64,000 nt of DNA, taken from assembly GCA_002256025.1 (NCBI GenBank), contig NKIB01012799.1, forward strand, positions 1-64,000. Direction: 5' to 3'. Position 1 is the first letter of the stretch; each line of letters opens with the position of its first letter. Source of the stretch: Asterionella formosa. Lineage: Eukaryota. The translations under genes were made by a program, and so were the position numbers. A model generated the notes under the pieces. That model was not told the origin of the DNA, ran no database searches, and saw only the letters and a program-made list of their open reading frames with translations. Shown piece after piece: positions 24,453-35,447 of this stretch.

Positions 24453-27400
24453 TTCCAACTCGTGCACCTGCTGCCAATAGTTCCTGGACTCCAAAACCTT
24501 ATCCTACGTGCCATTATAGACATAAGATAGCTCCTTATTAGTTTTCATGTACACGTATTTTGATACCCACGCAGTTACTTCGAAACTCTCCTTCTCGATG
24601 ATTTTCTCAGCAACGTTTCTAGGCCATGTATTTTGATCTTATCCAGGTTATCACCAAGTTCTACTATTTCGACTTTTAAATTGAAAAACATACTCATTAA
24701 ATGACATTAAATGACATTAAATGAGATGAAAAAAGCTCTATCTTTCTCTGCGCTGGTATAATTCATTGTCATTGCAACAATATGGCCTTCACTTCTCACT
24801 CGAATCTCATCCACTTCATGTTCATGTTATGTTTGAATCGCATTTCCCATTTGGTTATATGTTAAATTATATTTCTAGGGTTACAGTCATTGTGCTCCAT
24901 GGCCTATAAAAGGTGGGGAGGTGAAATCTTTGAGTGGTGGTCATTTCCTTGTATGGAAGTAGAGGTAAAAAAAATTTGTGGTAGCGTTGTTCCTAGTTAT
25001 ATTCTCTATGACTGCACTTGTTCTCATGTCGGCCTGAGAATTGGATTGTGATTGTTGAAAGTTTAAATATTTCTTTCTTGGTCCCACTTCTGGTTTTATT
25101 TGGAGTATATATAACATATGATGAATGTGGGGCTCCCCTACCTCGCTCATTATTGTCATTGTTGTCATTATATTTGTCATCATAGAATATTTCTGTGAGC
25201 AGCACCTCCATCTCTGGCTCAATTTCTTCATCAGGGACTCTTTTATTTTTCTTTCCTCGTTATCCTTTTCGATGTCTATCACATAACCATCCTAGTTTTC
25301 TTCTTCGCCTTGATCTGTGGTATTGCTTTTTTTCATTATTTTCTAGTTGCATTGATGTCATTTCCATGAATTCTCCCATTTGCAGTGTTTGTATCAAACG
25401 CCAAATTGACATACATGCAATTGTCATTGTTCACCGCTCCTGCATTAAGCTTTGTCTGCTTTTCCACCGCCTCCGCTTCTTTCTGCATTCTCCTTCTATC
25501 AGATTTCATTACTATCTTATTGATCTGTCCCACATTACTGATTGCTTCTTTTGCGGCTTTGTCGGCCGCTTGCACAACACCTTTTGCCATGGTGAATCAG
25601 CAGTTTTTAGGATTATTTACTAGTGGGACCTGGAGGTCTCCATAGCTAGAATGCCTTTAAAATTGTGTGATCAGTATTGCAGTATTGTTGTACTGTAGCA
25701 GTCTTTTGTGAACTCGCCTTTAAATTACTTGGCAAAAAATTTTACTCTTATGAATTATAAAATAATAGACCCTTTTGGTTTAATTCACAAAGTTATTCTC
25801 GATGTCTGAAGACTTGCATTTCTTGTTCGATTTGAAAAACTCGTGCACCAACATAGTTTCGTTTCTTCCTCCCTTGTGTTTTCTACGGCATTCATTAAAT
25901 CGACTGCCTCCACTTTAGACACAACCAGCTCACTCTTCGTTGTCTTATTTACCTCTTCGTCGTTCATATGTTGTTTCTATAACGACGTGGGACTCTAGCG
26001 ACGGAGACCGAGCTGCGATCTTCCATGATTGGCACATAATCACTAGGCGTTCACAAACCACCATCTGGCATATCCAAGGCCTGGGGATATACTCGAATTA
26101 GAGAAAGAAATATCCCAGTTGGATATTTGTGACAGGCAAGCCAATGAAATGGAAGTGAACCGCCTGCTCCAATTGTCTTGGCTGCATCAATGTTTGCTTG
26201 TGATACCGCAACAAATACTCATGCGGAGGGAAGAGAGCTTCGGGTGCAGCATCCGACATTTTCAGGCTTAAATAAAATTATGTTATCAGTTGACTGGGAT
26301 TTGGATTCGGTCGCGATGGTAGCTGACCCAATTGGCGCGTTTCTTTGGAGTTTTATTTTCGGATCCAAATTGGAAACGGGCATGCATTACACAGTCAAAC
26401 GATGGCACTTTCTGTGATGTTTCGTCCAAACCCCATCAAGTCTAAATATTTATTGTTAAAGCATACTATTCCTTCCTTTTCATCAAATCAATTCGTAAGT
26501 AAGTTTGCTTCTGAGAAAGCCTCGTCCATCGTCACCGCGTTCACCTCAATGTACGTTATCGGAACTCGCTCTCGCTGACAGGCACTGTCAGGTGGCCGCA
26601 CATTGCATTCAGCACCTATGGGTTTCCACAAGAAGCAGTAATAGCAAATTGACCTGAGCACGAAGGAGATTGTTGGCGTTGTTCGTCCATCATTGCATCT
26701 TTTGACCATTTTATCATTTTGTATTGGTCACAATTGCATTCGAGTGATTCGGGGCGATTCAGGAAATGTTTTGTGAATACTGACTGTATGTACCAGTACT
26801 TACGGTAGTAAAATGGAGCAACGAGTGGTTGGCCGTTATCAAAGTTTCCGTTGCAAGGTCGTTTCAATTCCCTGCCTGAACCCTACATTAGTGACAAAAT
26901 GAATGACAACGTAATTAACAAAACTACCGGAGGTAAAATGATTTCATTCGCTCAGTAGCATATTCGATATGTAAATACGTAAATGGATATTGATACATAA
27001 ACCTGAACAGTATTATTGGGATTTTTGAATATATTTACCGGTAAATGTATCTGAACCGTTATCTGATGGAGAATACCGGTACTGGCCGGGATAAGTAACA
27101 GTAAATATATTTCATAATTGCATACTGTAGTGCCGGTACGTACACACCAAACTGCCAAAATGTATTATGAACCGGTACATATAATATATATGTAATATGC
27201 ATTCCGACAAAAATATGGACCATGCAAATGTGCAGTCTGTTTTGGTGTACCGATATATATTTTAATAGAAACAAGACTTGTTGTCGGATTATTTGATCAG
27301 ACTTGTGTTCCCAAACAAGATTGGAACGAGCAATCGACAGAAGAGACAAGTGATTGATCATTGTTCCATGAGCAATCGGCTCAAGCAAGAAGAAGCCTGC

Positions 27401-27466
27401 GAACGTGAAAGGGTTCCTTCAAAGACGCTTGATGAGTAATATCCAATTCTTGTTTTATTCATCATC

Positions 27467-30400
27467 ATGAGCGCAGCTGCCGGTAGTAGTCAAGAGCGAC
27501 CGGGGAAAAAGCGAAGCAGACCACAGTGGTCTACTGCCAATACTATGACAATTATTCTACTGGCATTTTCGATCATGTCGATAGCGGAAGGGCAGAGGCA
27601 AAGTGTGCGATCATTTGGGTATCCGACTGAGTCGCCCAAACCCTCGCCCAGTCCCTCTTGGTTTCCTTCTTTTCACCCCACACGATCTGTTCCGACTCCA
27701 AGACCTACCTATTCGCCGACGGATACGATGCGACCATCTCCTTCACCGTCGTTATCGCCATCTGAAACGCAACCTCCCACACCGTTTCCTACCCCAACTC
27801 CTACACCGGCGCCAGTAGTGCCTCCTACACCAGTGCCTTCACCGGCGCCTGTAGTGCCTCCTACACCAGTACCTTCACCGGCGCCGGTTGTACCTCCAAC
27901 ACCAGTGCCTTCACTGGCGCCTGTAGTGCCTCCTACACCAGTGCCTTCACTGGCGCCTGTAGTGCCGTGGACGACCGCACCAACACCGATTCCGGTTGTT
28001 GCATCTACGCCTAGTCCTTCTTTGGTACCATCAACAGATTTCCCTTCATTCCTTCCGACTACACAGTTGCCCACAACATATCCAACAATATACGTAACCT
28101 CCTGGGCCCCGGTCACAACAGCAACTGAAACGCCGACATTTATGTCTAGTGAAAGCCCCACAGATGACCCTACCGTAAGTCTTACACTATCCCCTTCTGT
28201 TCAACCTACCAACAAAATCTCGGTCCACCCATCGGGAAGAGATGCTGCTTCACCTGTAAACGGGAGCCCAACAGAAAAACCTTCCACTGGTACTTCATGG
28301 AGACCCTCCCCCGCACCAACTAAACCTGCTACATCTCCCATACCACCACCGTCCAGCGATAAAATTCCATTGACACCTTTTTTTGTAACATTGACTTACG
28401 CTACCCCTCTGTCGCAGAATGAAATTGATGAAACGGCCAACCAGCTGCAGGTCACCGTCGCTGATTATTTGTACCAGGAATTGAGCAACACGGACTTTGG
28501 AACAGGTACAAATCTGCAGGGGTTTTCCTTGGATGTGATTCCTCCCTCTTTAAACAGTTCAACGCAAAACAATGGTGGGCGTTTGAGATTTCTCCAGTCC
28601 ACTCAGAGTCTCAACTTCACTGTCAACGGAACTGCGAAGTTTGATGTTGTGGATGCGAGTACAGTAGATACATCTACACTGACGAATCAAGTGGATGCAT
28701 CGGTTAACCAAGCTTTTGCATCGCCAGAGAGCCAAGCGCAATTTTCAGAGTATTTGCAAACTTCCGGTCAGGACCCGTTGAATATGACACAAGGAGCGTC
28801 AGTTGAAACACAAAGTGCAAATGATAATACTGTTGGGAGACCGTCGACTGCGGCCATTGTATGTGGATTCGTGTTGGTCGCTCTTGCTGCGCTAAGTCTC
28901 ATGGGCTATTGTTTCGTATGGTGCAAAAGTCGACGAAAGACGGCTGCACAGCGCAAACGCGATCGTGAAGGAATACCTGCGACTTCCAATAAGTTTCCCG
29001 GACCGGTATCGAGGCCTTCAAAAAATAACCGTCAATTTGTTCCACCACCTATGGTGCCAGTGATGACACAGGCAACTCGTCTGGACGAGGATTCATCGGA
29101 AGGATCCTCGTATGAAGGGGTAGACAGCGTGTCCGAGGAGTCCAATGACCTTTTTGCAAAGGAATTGCAATTGGCTGCAAATTTGGACCGACAAGCATGG
29201 GAGGACTTCCAGCAGCAACAAAAATCGCTGGATGAGAATGAAGTAGTAGTGAGGGATGTAGAGACCGGAAAAGACACAGGAACAGCTGAAGGGTCAGCAG
29301 CTGCAGTAGCAGGTGGCGCGGTTGCTCTTGGGTTATACTCAAAGCAATCCAAAGACGAGGACGAAGGAATGGAGATTGTGGACATTGGATCTCAATCTCG
29401 GTTAATTATCCGGCCAACTGGTGACAATGATGATTTTGAGCCATATGGCGATTCAACAGCTAGAGAGATTGTCGCTTCTTCGTCCTTTCCATATGGCGAT
29501 GAGAATTCACAGGTCCAGCAGTCACCGTCTCGCCAAGATCCCCCTGCTCCCCGAGGGTCAACGAGAGACTTTGACGTTCGGCATATGGATCCCATCGGTC
29601 TTCGAGCATCGCAAGTTGTTACTGCGTATCAGGCAGAACAAGGAGTGGAGTGGACCACTGCCGGTATTGCGACTGATTTCGAACATGGAGAGTCTATCGA
29701 AGATTGGACTGCTGACAAGGGGTCATATCAACATGGGCCCTATGGAAAGGCAAGACATGAAGAACGCCGTTGGAGTATAATAGATAACACCGGCGAAGAG
29801 GACAATGATGCAGCTTTAATGCTTATGAGTGCTCTAACTGCCGGTACGTCGCTCAGAAAGAATAGTAAACACGGCAAGGAAAGCCCGACCACTTTTGGAG
29901 ATGATCCCGCACAGGAAGCTGCTGTTGCAGGTCGGGCTCTTGAAAACCTACGAGCGTCACCGAACAGTTCTTTCACTGGATCTGCTCCATCGAATCAAGC
30001 TGTCCGGATGTCACCGGACCATGCGCGGCAACCAAATGTTAGTGCCATGACAGCTCCAGTGTCCTCAAGTAGAACAATCAGTGATTCTATCACAGAAGAT
30101 TTGCCACAGAGTAAGGGATCGTCACTTCTGACTTTAGACATTGTAAAAGAAGTTGAGAAGCTTTCTAGATTTGTTCGTCGATACGAGCGAAAACGTGAAA
30201 AGAAGAAGGGGAACGGAGAAATTCAAGATAAAAACGCTGTTGCAGAATCTCGATCTATTCCGAGTGTGGGATATGATGCTTTTAGTGATTCTGTCAGTGC
30301 AATGAAAGTAATTCCACCACCTGACAATTATGGCGCTGATGAAGACCGCTCAGGTCTCAGGGCCTCATATGGTGTGAAAACTCTGAATATACGACAAGTT

Positions 30401-31423
30401 GAGGTTGATCCATCTGAAACAGATGAATCGTCGCAGAACAGCTGGTCTACTCATTCTGAAATTGAAAGGCTGCTCGACGACAACAACAACAACGATAATG
30501 ATGAGCCCCTTATCGATGAACAATATCAAGAGCGGATGGTGAAATCATCTCAATTCGAAGGAGTTGACTATGGTGAATCTGAGGACGACGACCAATCATT
30601 CGATAATTCAGAGGGAAATTCTGATGATTCTAGATTGGGCATAACTCCATTCAATGTACAGCAACTGATGGCAAATCATAATGTAGAGATGGGTTCCTTT
30701 CCGGTTCCATCGAAGGCCGACGGTCCGCTTCGATCTGATAGACTACGAGAAGTGCGCGTGTCAAGACCTCCATTAACAGGGAACCCCTTGTCGTCCACAC
30801 TGCTTTCTCCTATTGCTGGTACACCTGTGAGCGCAGGGGAGTTCACTCCCAAGTCGAGAAACTCTCCCTTGGCTGATGTTACCAGACACATAAATTCAGA
30901 CTTTAGTGAATCGCCTCCGCTGAAATGGCATAAGTCACCAAGCAGTCCAATCGATAGCGAGCCAGTGTCAAGAGTATTGCATTTCCAGGAATCTACAATG
31001 CAATTTGGCCAAAAGCCGAATGAAAGTAAGAATGCCATGAGTGAGAAAGGAGCAACTGTTGACAATAGCCGCAACGGGGAAGACAAAATAATGCGGGGTA
31101 ACCCTCGGCAACCCACTGGCAAGACAAGGACTCTCAGCGAACTTCGAATGAGAGACGCAATCCTTGATGAGGCGGACTCTGAAGTCATCGTGGGTATCCC
31201 GAATTCAAATCCCGATGTCGCGCCACTTTCCCCTCCAGTTATTTCTCCAGCATTAGGCACACCAGTGATCCCAAGTCCTTCAACGAAAGGAGGGACACCA
31301 CGAAAGATGAGGAATCAAGGTTTCAGCTCGATCCTGTCAATGTTTGAGAATAAACAAAAGGAGGCGATTTTTCCTCCCAACGAGAATTGGCAATACAACT
31401 CTTCTGCCACAAAGCGGAAGTAA
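27467..31423 (+). CDS. Mucin-like single-pass membrane protein (P/T/S-rich repeats, globular ectodomain segment, TM, long disordered tail)
   Basis: 1318-aa ORF with an N-terminal hydrophobic segment, 12-aa PVPS(P/L)APVVPPT repeats and TM AAIVCGFVLVALAALSLMGYCFVWC followed by a basic stop-transfer. Confidence 0.85.
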   Translation: MSAAAGSSQERPGKKRSRPQWSTANTMTIILLAFSIMSIAEGQRQSVRSFGYPTESPKPSPSPSWFPSFHPTRSVPTPRPTYSPTDTMRPSPSPSLSPSETQPPTPFPTPTPTPAPVVPPTPVPSPAPVVPPTPVPSPAPVVPPTPVPSLAPVVPPTPVPSLAPVVPWTTAPTPIPVVASTPSPSLVPSTDFPSFLPTTQLPTTYPTIYVTSWAPVTTATETPTFMSSESPTDDPTVSLTLSPSVQPTNKISVHPSGRDAASPVNGSPTEKPSTGTSWRPSPAPTKPATSPIPPPSSDKIPLTPFFVTLTYATPLSQNEIDETANQLQVTVADYLYQELSNTDFGTGTNLQGFSLDVIPPSLNSSTQNNGGRLRFLQSTQSLNFTVNGTAKFDVVDASTVDTSTLTNQVDASVNQAFASPESQAQFSEYLQTSGQDPLNMTQGASVETQSANDNTVGRPSTAAIVCGFVLVALAALSLMGYCFVWCKSRRKTAAQRKRDREGIPATSNKFPGPVSRPSKNNRQFVPPPMVPVMTQATRLDEDSSEGSSYEGVDSVSEESNDLFAKELQLAANLDRQAWEDFQQQQKSLDENEVVVRDVETGKDTGTAEGSAAAVAGGAVALGLYSKQSKDEDEGMEIVDIGSQSRLIIRPTGDNDDFEPYGDSTAREIVASSSFPYGDENSQVQQSPSRQDPPAPRGSTRDFDVRHMDPIGLRASQVVTAYQAEQGVEWTTAGIATDFEHGESIEDWTADKGSYQHGPYGKARHEERRWSIIDNTGEEDNDAALMLMSALTAGTSLRKNSKHGKESPTTFGDDPAQEAAVAGRALENLRASPNSSFTGSAPSNQAVRMSPDHARQPNVSAMTAPVSSSRTISDSITEDLPQSKGSSLLTLDIVKEVEKLSRFVRRYERKREKKKGNGEIQDKNAVAESRSIPSVGYDAFSDSVSAMKVIPPPDNYGADEDRSGLRASYGVKTLNIRQVEVDPSETDESSQNSWSTHSEIERLLDDNNNNDNDEPLIDEQYQERMVKSSQFEGVDYGESEDDDQSFDNSEGNSDDSRLGITPFNVQQLMANHNVEMGSFPVPSKADGPLRSDRLREVRVSRPPLTGNPLSSTLLSPIAGTPVSAGEFTPKSRNSPLADVTRHINSDFSESPPLKWHKSPSSPIDSEPVSRVLHFQESTMQFGQKPNESKNAMSEKGATVDNSRNGEDKIMRGNPRQPTGKTRTLSELRMRDAILDEADSEVIVGIPNSNPDVAPLSPPVISPALGTPVIPSPSTKGGTPRKMRNQGFSSILSMFENKQKEAIFPPNENWQYNSSATKRK

Positions 31424-31567
31424 ACAGGGGAGGGGGAGTAGGCGTGATGTTGCCTTCAATCGAGTAATTGGGGTTGGGGATTACTCTAAAACAATTTTTC
31501 AAAGACATAGAATTGATATTAGTTGTACATGGGGCATATTGCAGTAGGAGTTTTCAAGGGGACGGCT

Positions 31568-31963
31568 TCATATCATCATTGTTTCCTTAAGAGAGTCGCA
31601 TCGGAATATGGGCAAGTGTTTCATCTTGGACGCCAAGCCGGGTGTTACGCACAAACCAAATATTGGTTCAGCGCACCATACACAGCTCCTGTTATTCTCG
31701 CAGGAAATCTGTTCAGATCCAGCCATGAGACAAGCCCAAATGTCATTGTCTATTATTATGGACGGGTGGTCTTCGTTGCAAACCCACGAAGTTTCAATGA
31801 ACGGCAATATTTTGTGTGGAACACAAAGGTCTTGTAGGCCTTCGTAATGACAAGGAATACATGTCTCGCGAGAATTGTGATCCCCGGATATGGCTCGACC
31901 AAGGCGGGTAGCTGCCAAAGTAACAGGGAAAACGATGAGTGAGGATGTATGGAACAATTTCAT
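31568..31963 (-). CDS. Small secreted Cys-rich protein (~131 aa)
   Basis: Likely start MKLFHTSSLIVFPVTLAA, which is signal-like. Repeated C..C..C.WC...CV...C pattern. The upstream part of the 254-aa ORF looks non-coding. Confidence 0.6.
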   Translation of the reverse strand: MKLFHTSSLIVFPVTLAATRLGRAISGDHNSRETCIPCHYEGLQDLCVPHKILPFIETSWVCNEDHPSIIIDNDIWACLMAGSEQISCENNRSCVWCAEPIFGLCVTPGLASKMKHLPIFRCDSLKETMMI

Positions 31964-32556
31964 CCTGGTGAATGGTGAAAGCACAAATTCTAAATGAGTT
32001 CTATTGTGTTCATAAAACAACTTGCTTTTATAGGTACCGGGAAATAACATCCGAACCGGCGGGTGTGCAAAAGGCGCAATATTTGGATTCGAGTTGCCGT
32101 TATGCAAATCTGAGCAAATCCCACTCCAGCTATCGTCTTGCCATTCGGGTAATTCAAAGTAATTTTTACGCACTAAGTAATTTCTTAAGTATTTTTTATT
32201 TTGGGGCATTATGGGGCACATCGAATTTTTCGGCATTAAAATTGCCGATTTTAGCATGAAGAAAAATGGTAAAGCAAATACAGAGAAATGGTACAACAAG
32301 CGTAAAACGCATGAGAATGATTGTAACCGCATGCAACATCAATGAAAATTGAACATGATGTTTGGAGCAACCAAAGTATGAAATGGCTGCGATGTAATAA
32401 GTAGCATCAAATGAGAAATAGAAAAAATTGTTTTGGGTTAGAAATGAAATTAAAAAAATAGGAGTTTCAATTGAAATGTATGCATTGTAGCACTTACACA
32501 GGCAAAAATTTCTTTCCATCACACCATCAAAGAGCAACATCTAAGCTGCGAAATAG

Positions 32557-33350
32557 TATTGACCACCAGCCAGTCTATACTGCAAAAATGCAAGAAGCAC
32601 AAGTTGAATGCTCATTTATGGATTGAAGTTTCAGTAGTGCAATGTAAAATATTAAAAGCCGGATGTCGCATTTCATCTAGTTAGTATGGTTTTCATTTAC
32701 TAGTAGTATTGATTGAGAGGAAGCAATGGTAGAATGCCAAATGGGCAGGGGCAAACACAGAGGAGCCTTATCTTTTTCCCCAATGATCCCAGACACTCTT
32801 GGATGTCACTTGCTGCAGAAAATGGAGAGCAGCCGCCATGATCTGTTGATTGTTCCTGTATGGTGGTGCCACTGACCAAAACCTCCAGAAATCTCAATGA
32901 GTTATTTCTTGACCTGAATGCCCAAGTGATCAAAACTAGAGAAAAAAGCGAAAGGGAACTAAAAATTCTCTGCAAACATCAGGACAATTTTGAAAAAGAA
33001 AGGAAGGTTGGCTGGGAGGGGAAGTAAAGGGATTATTGCTGGTCTTACTGGAACAAGGATGGATTGACCCAAACAATGTTTACAAATAGATAGCTGAACG
33101 GATTCGAAAATTTTTATGGACAATATATATTGGCATACCATGGCTGGTGCTCTTGGCTGACAGTTGCCAAGTCAATGTACAAACACAACAAGGATGCACA
33201 AAAAAAAAAGTCAATGTACAAACACAACAACAAGGATGCACAAAAGATGGTCCCATTTTGATCAACTGGCTGATACATAGTTTTGAGACTCACCATTCTG
33301 CTAGTATGGGGTGGACTTTGATCATTGCTTCGCTCGAAGCCAATCAATTC
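32557..33350 (-). repeat. Dispersed repeat, copy 2 (inverted relative to 16343-17414)
   Basis: Reverse complement matches copy 1 at both ends. The central part is shorter, and there is a local duplication at about 33170-33245. Confidence 0.85.
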
Positions 33351-34680
33351 AAGCCGCAGTACTAGCGCTGTTGGAACAACTGTAGGCAAGTACCAAAGTA
33401 GTATAATTGTGAAAGGGGTAAATAACTCGGAAAGTTCAACGTTGTGTTGTTGAAAAAGTAAATATTTCGACATATATCTAATTTGTGTCTGAACTTTAAC
33501 CACATTTACAACAATATTGATTTTGTTTTGGTATTGAATTGTACAGAGATGGCAGATGATATTGGCGCGCCTACATATGATTGAGGATTTTGATATATAT
33601 GAGAGAAGATGCAAGGCACAAAATAGATCCTGATGATCATGCAAGGAAGAAATGAAAGGAAACAGCACAGGCTGCAATAGATCAACACAAAGCAAAGGAT
33701 TAGCTACTGCTGGACTTGTCCATAACTTTGGGATCATGCAAAAGAGCAAAGTTATGAAAATACAACAGGTTGCACAAGACTAAAAGTAAAAGCGAGCAAA
33801 TATTCGATTTCAGAAAATGGTGGACAAGGTTGATGCTATGACGAGAGCAACTGGTGGTGGAAAGCTGATTGAATTTTGAATCATAGTACAATGTGACTGA
33901 ACTCAGAACTCTTGTAATTTGGTATAAATGTGAGAGTGATGCACCAGTCCCAATTACAAGACAACAGATTCTTCAAAGGTTCATCGACACTTGCGATCCT
34001 GGGGAGCAGATTCCATGAAATGCACTTTCTGTGGCAGCACAGCTTCCTGATCCTCAGCATGATGCTGTTGCAGGTGCTGCTGCCGGCCAAGGGGATCACA
34101 ATGATATGACCATTGGACTTGAAAGTTGGAGGAGCATAATGAATATATGTTTTTTGTAAAAAGGTATAATGAAATAAAAGTGAATTAACACATGACCTAA
34201 TCCATCCTCGAAAATGTATATAAATGTATATACATATATCTAGCAGAACAAAAGTATATACTGCCATGACCCACTGAAATCACTCCTTAGCTGTTTTATT
34301 ATCATTGTATCTTCTGATGTAATTGTTCAATTAGAATTTCAACATGACAGATTGATTGATCGATGCTGTTCTAACCCAATCCAACAGCAGATGGGTCTGA
34401 ACTTCGATAGAATTTGCCTTTAGTCGGAGAAGTCAAACAAACACCCTACTCAATGGGTCATACCAGTTTTTAACTGGTACCTGGTACTTACCGCTAGTTG
34501 TAATACCGGTAATCCTCTGCTAACGATCACTCTGTTCACTCTCATACCGGTGTTTAAACATTGAAAACTTTTGTTCCTCCTGTGTAGTAAATTGACGAAC
34601 ACTCCTCGCTTTCCTGTCATCCATACCATACCTTACCACCTTACTCCTGTTATTGTTAGTCAATAATTCCTAGCATAAAT

Positions 34681-35206
34681 ATGGATCGATATGGTTCCTA
34701 TTTGACACCTTCTGTGGTAGTTTCTGAGGTAGTCTTTCAATTTATTCGAGGATCAATGTTCGGAGCAATCTTTGGAATGGTACGACAACGCAAGATGGTA
34801 TATTAATTGCTCCGCTACGATGCGCTTTCCATCGTTGCATATTCGGACTCACTGAATTCAATGAAACTTCCAGGTAACACCATTTCATCCACCGGGATCC
34901 GCAGGTGCACTTTTAGAAGCCAAGACAGGAGTTTTCAAGCCAGCGCCTCCTTTGTCATCTTGGCGAGCAATACCCATGAATGCTTCCATAGTTGGGGGCA
35001 CCTTTGCTGTTCAAAAGCTAACTAGTAAATCGCTGGAACTCATACGAGGAAAGCAAGATTGGATCAATGAACTAGTCGGTTTTGCCGTGACTTATAAGTA
35101 TTGTACGTACTTCCTGTGGGGTGCCGAACGAAGGCTTATAATGCATAACCGAGTGGTTGGAGGTCTTGTCTTTGGAACAATTGTATATGGTTCGTTCATA
35201 GCATAG
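34681..35206 (+). CDS. Tim17/Tim22/Tim23 (NDUFA11-like) family membrane protein; exons 34681-34779 and 34874-35206
   Basis: G.MFGAIFG helix and RGKQDWIN motif (R.K.D..N of the Tim17 family); in-frame GT-AG intron. Confidence 0.7.
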
Positions 35207-35447
35207 CGAATAATTCTAGCTACAATGATTTTGTGCTGAAAGATGCAAAAAGATAAAAACCATTTTCCTTATAGACAGATACGACAGATATGTCTTATTC
35301 AAATGGGGGAATCAATATCCTCCCGCCGTTCTTTGAGACCATTAAACAATTAAATCCATATTCATGCACAGTTTCCTTCGCTCACTTGAAGTCCTCGACG
35401 ACTAGCAAGACTGCAGGATTACGTAGCTCGTTCCAATGTAGGTGACA

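Noticed and set aside
24941..25967. Fragmented K/E/A-rich minus-strand ORFs
   Set aside because: Broken by frameshifts and stops with no identifiable domain; probably a decayed repeat.
31964..32332. N-terminal extension of the 254-aa ORF
   Set aside because: Non-ATG start and AT-rich non-coding character; the signal peptide begins at the Met at 31963.
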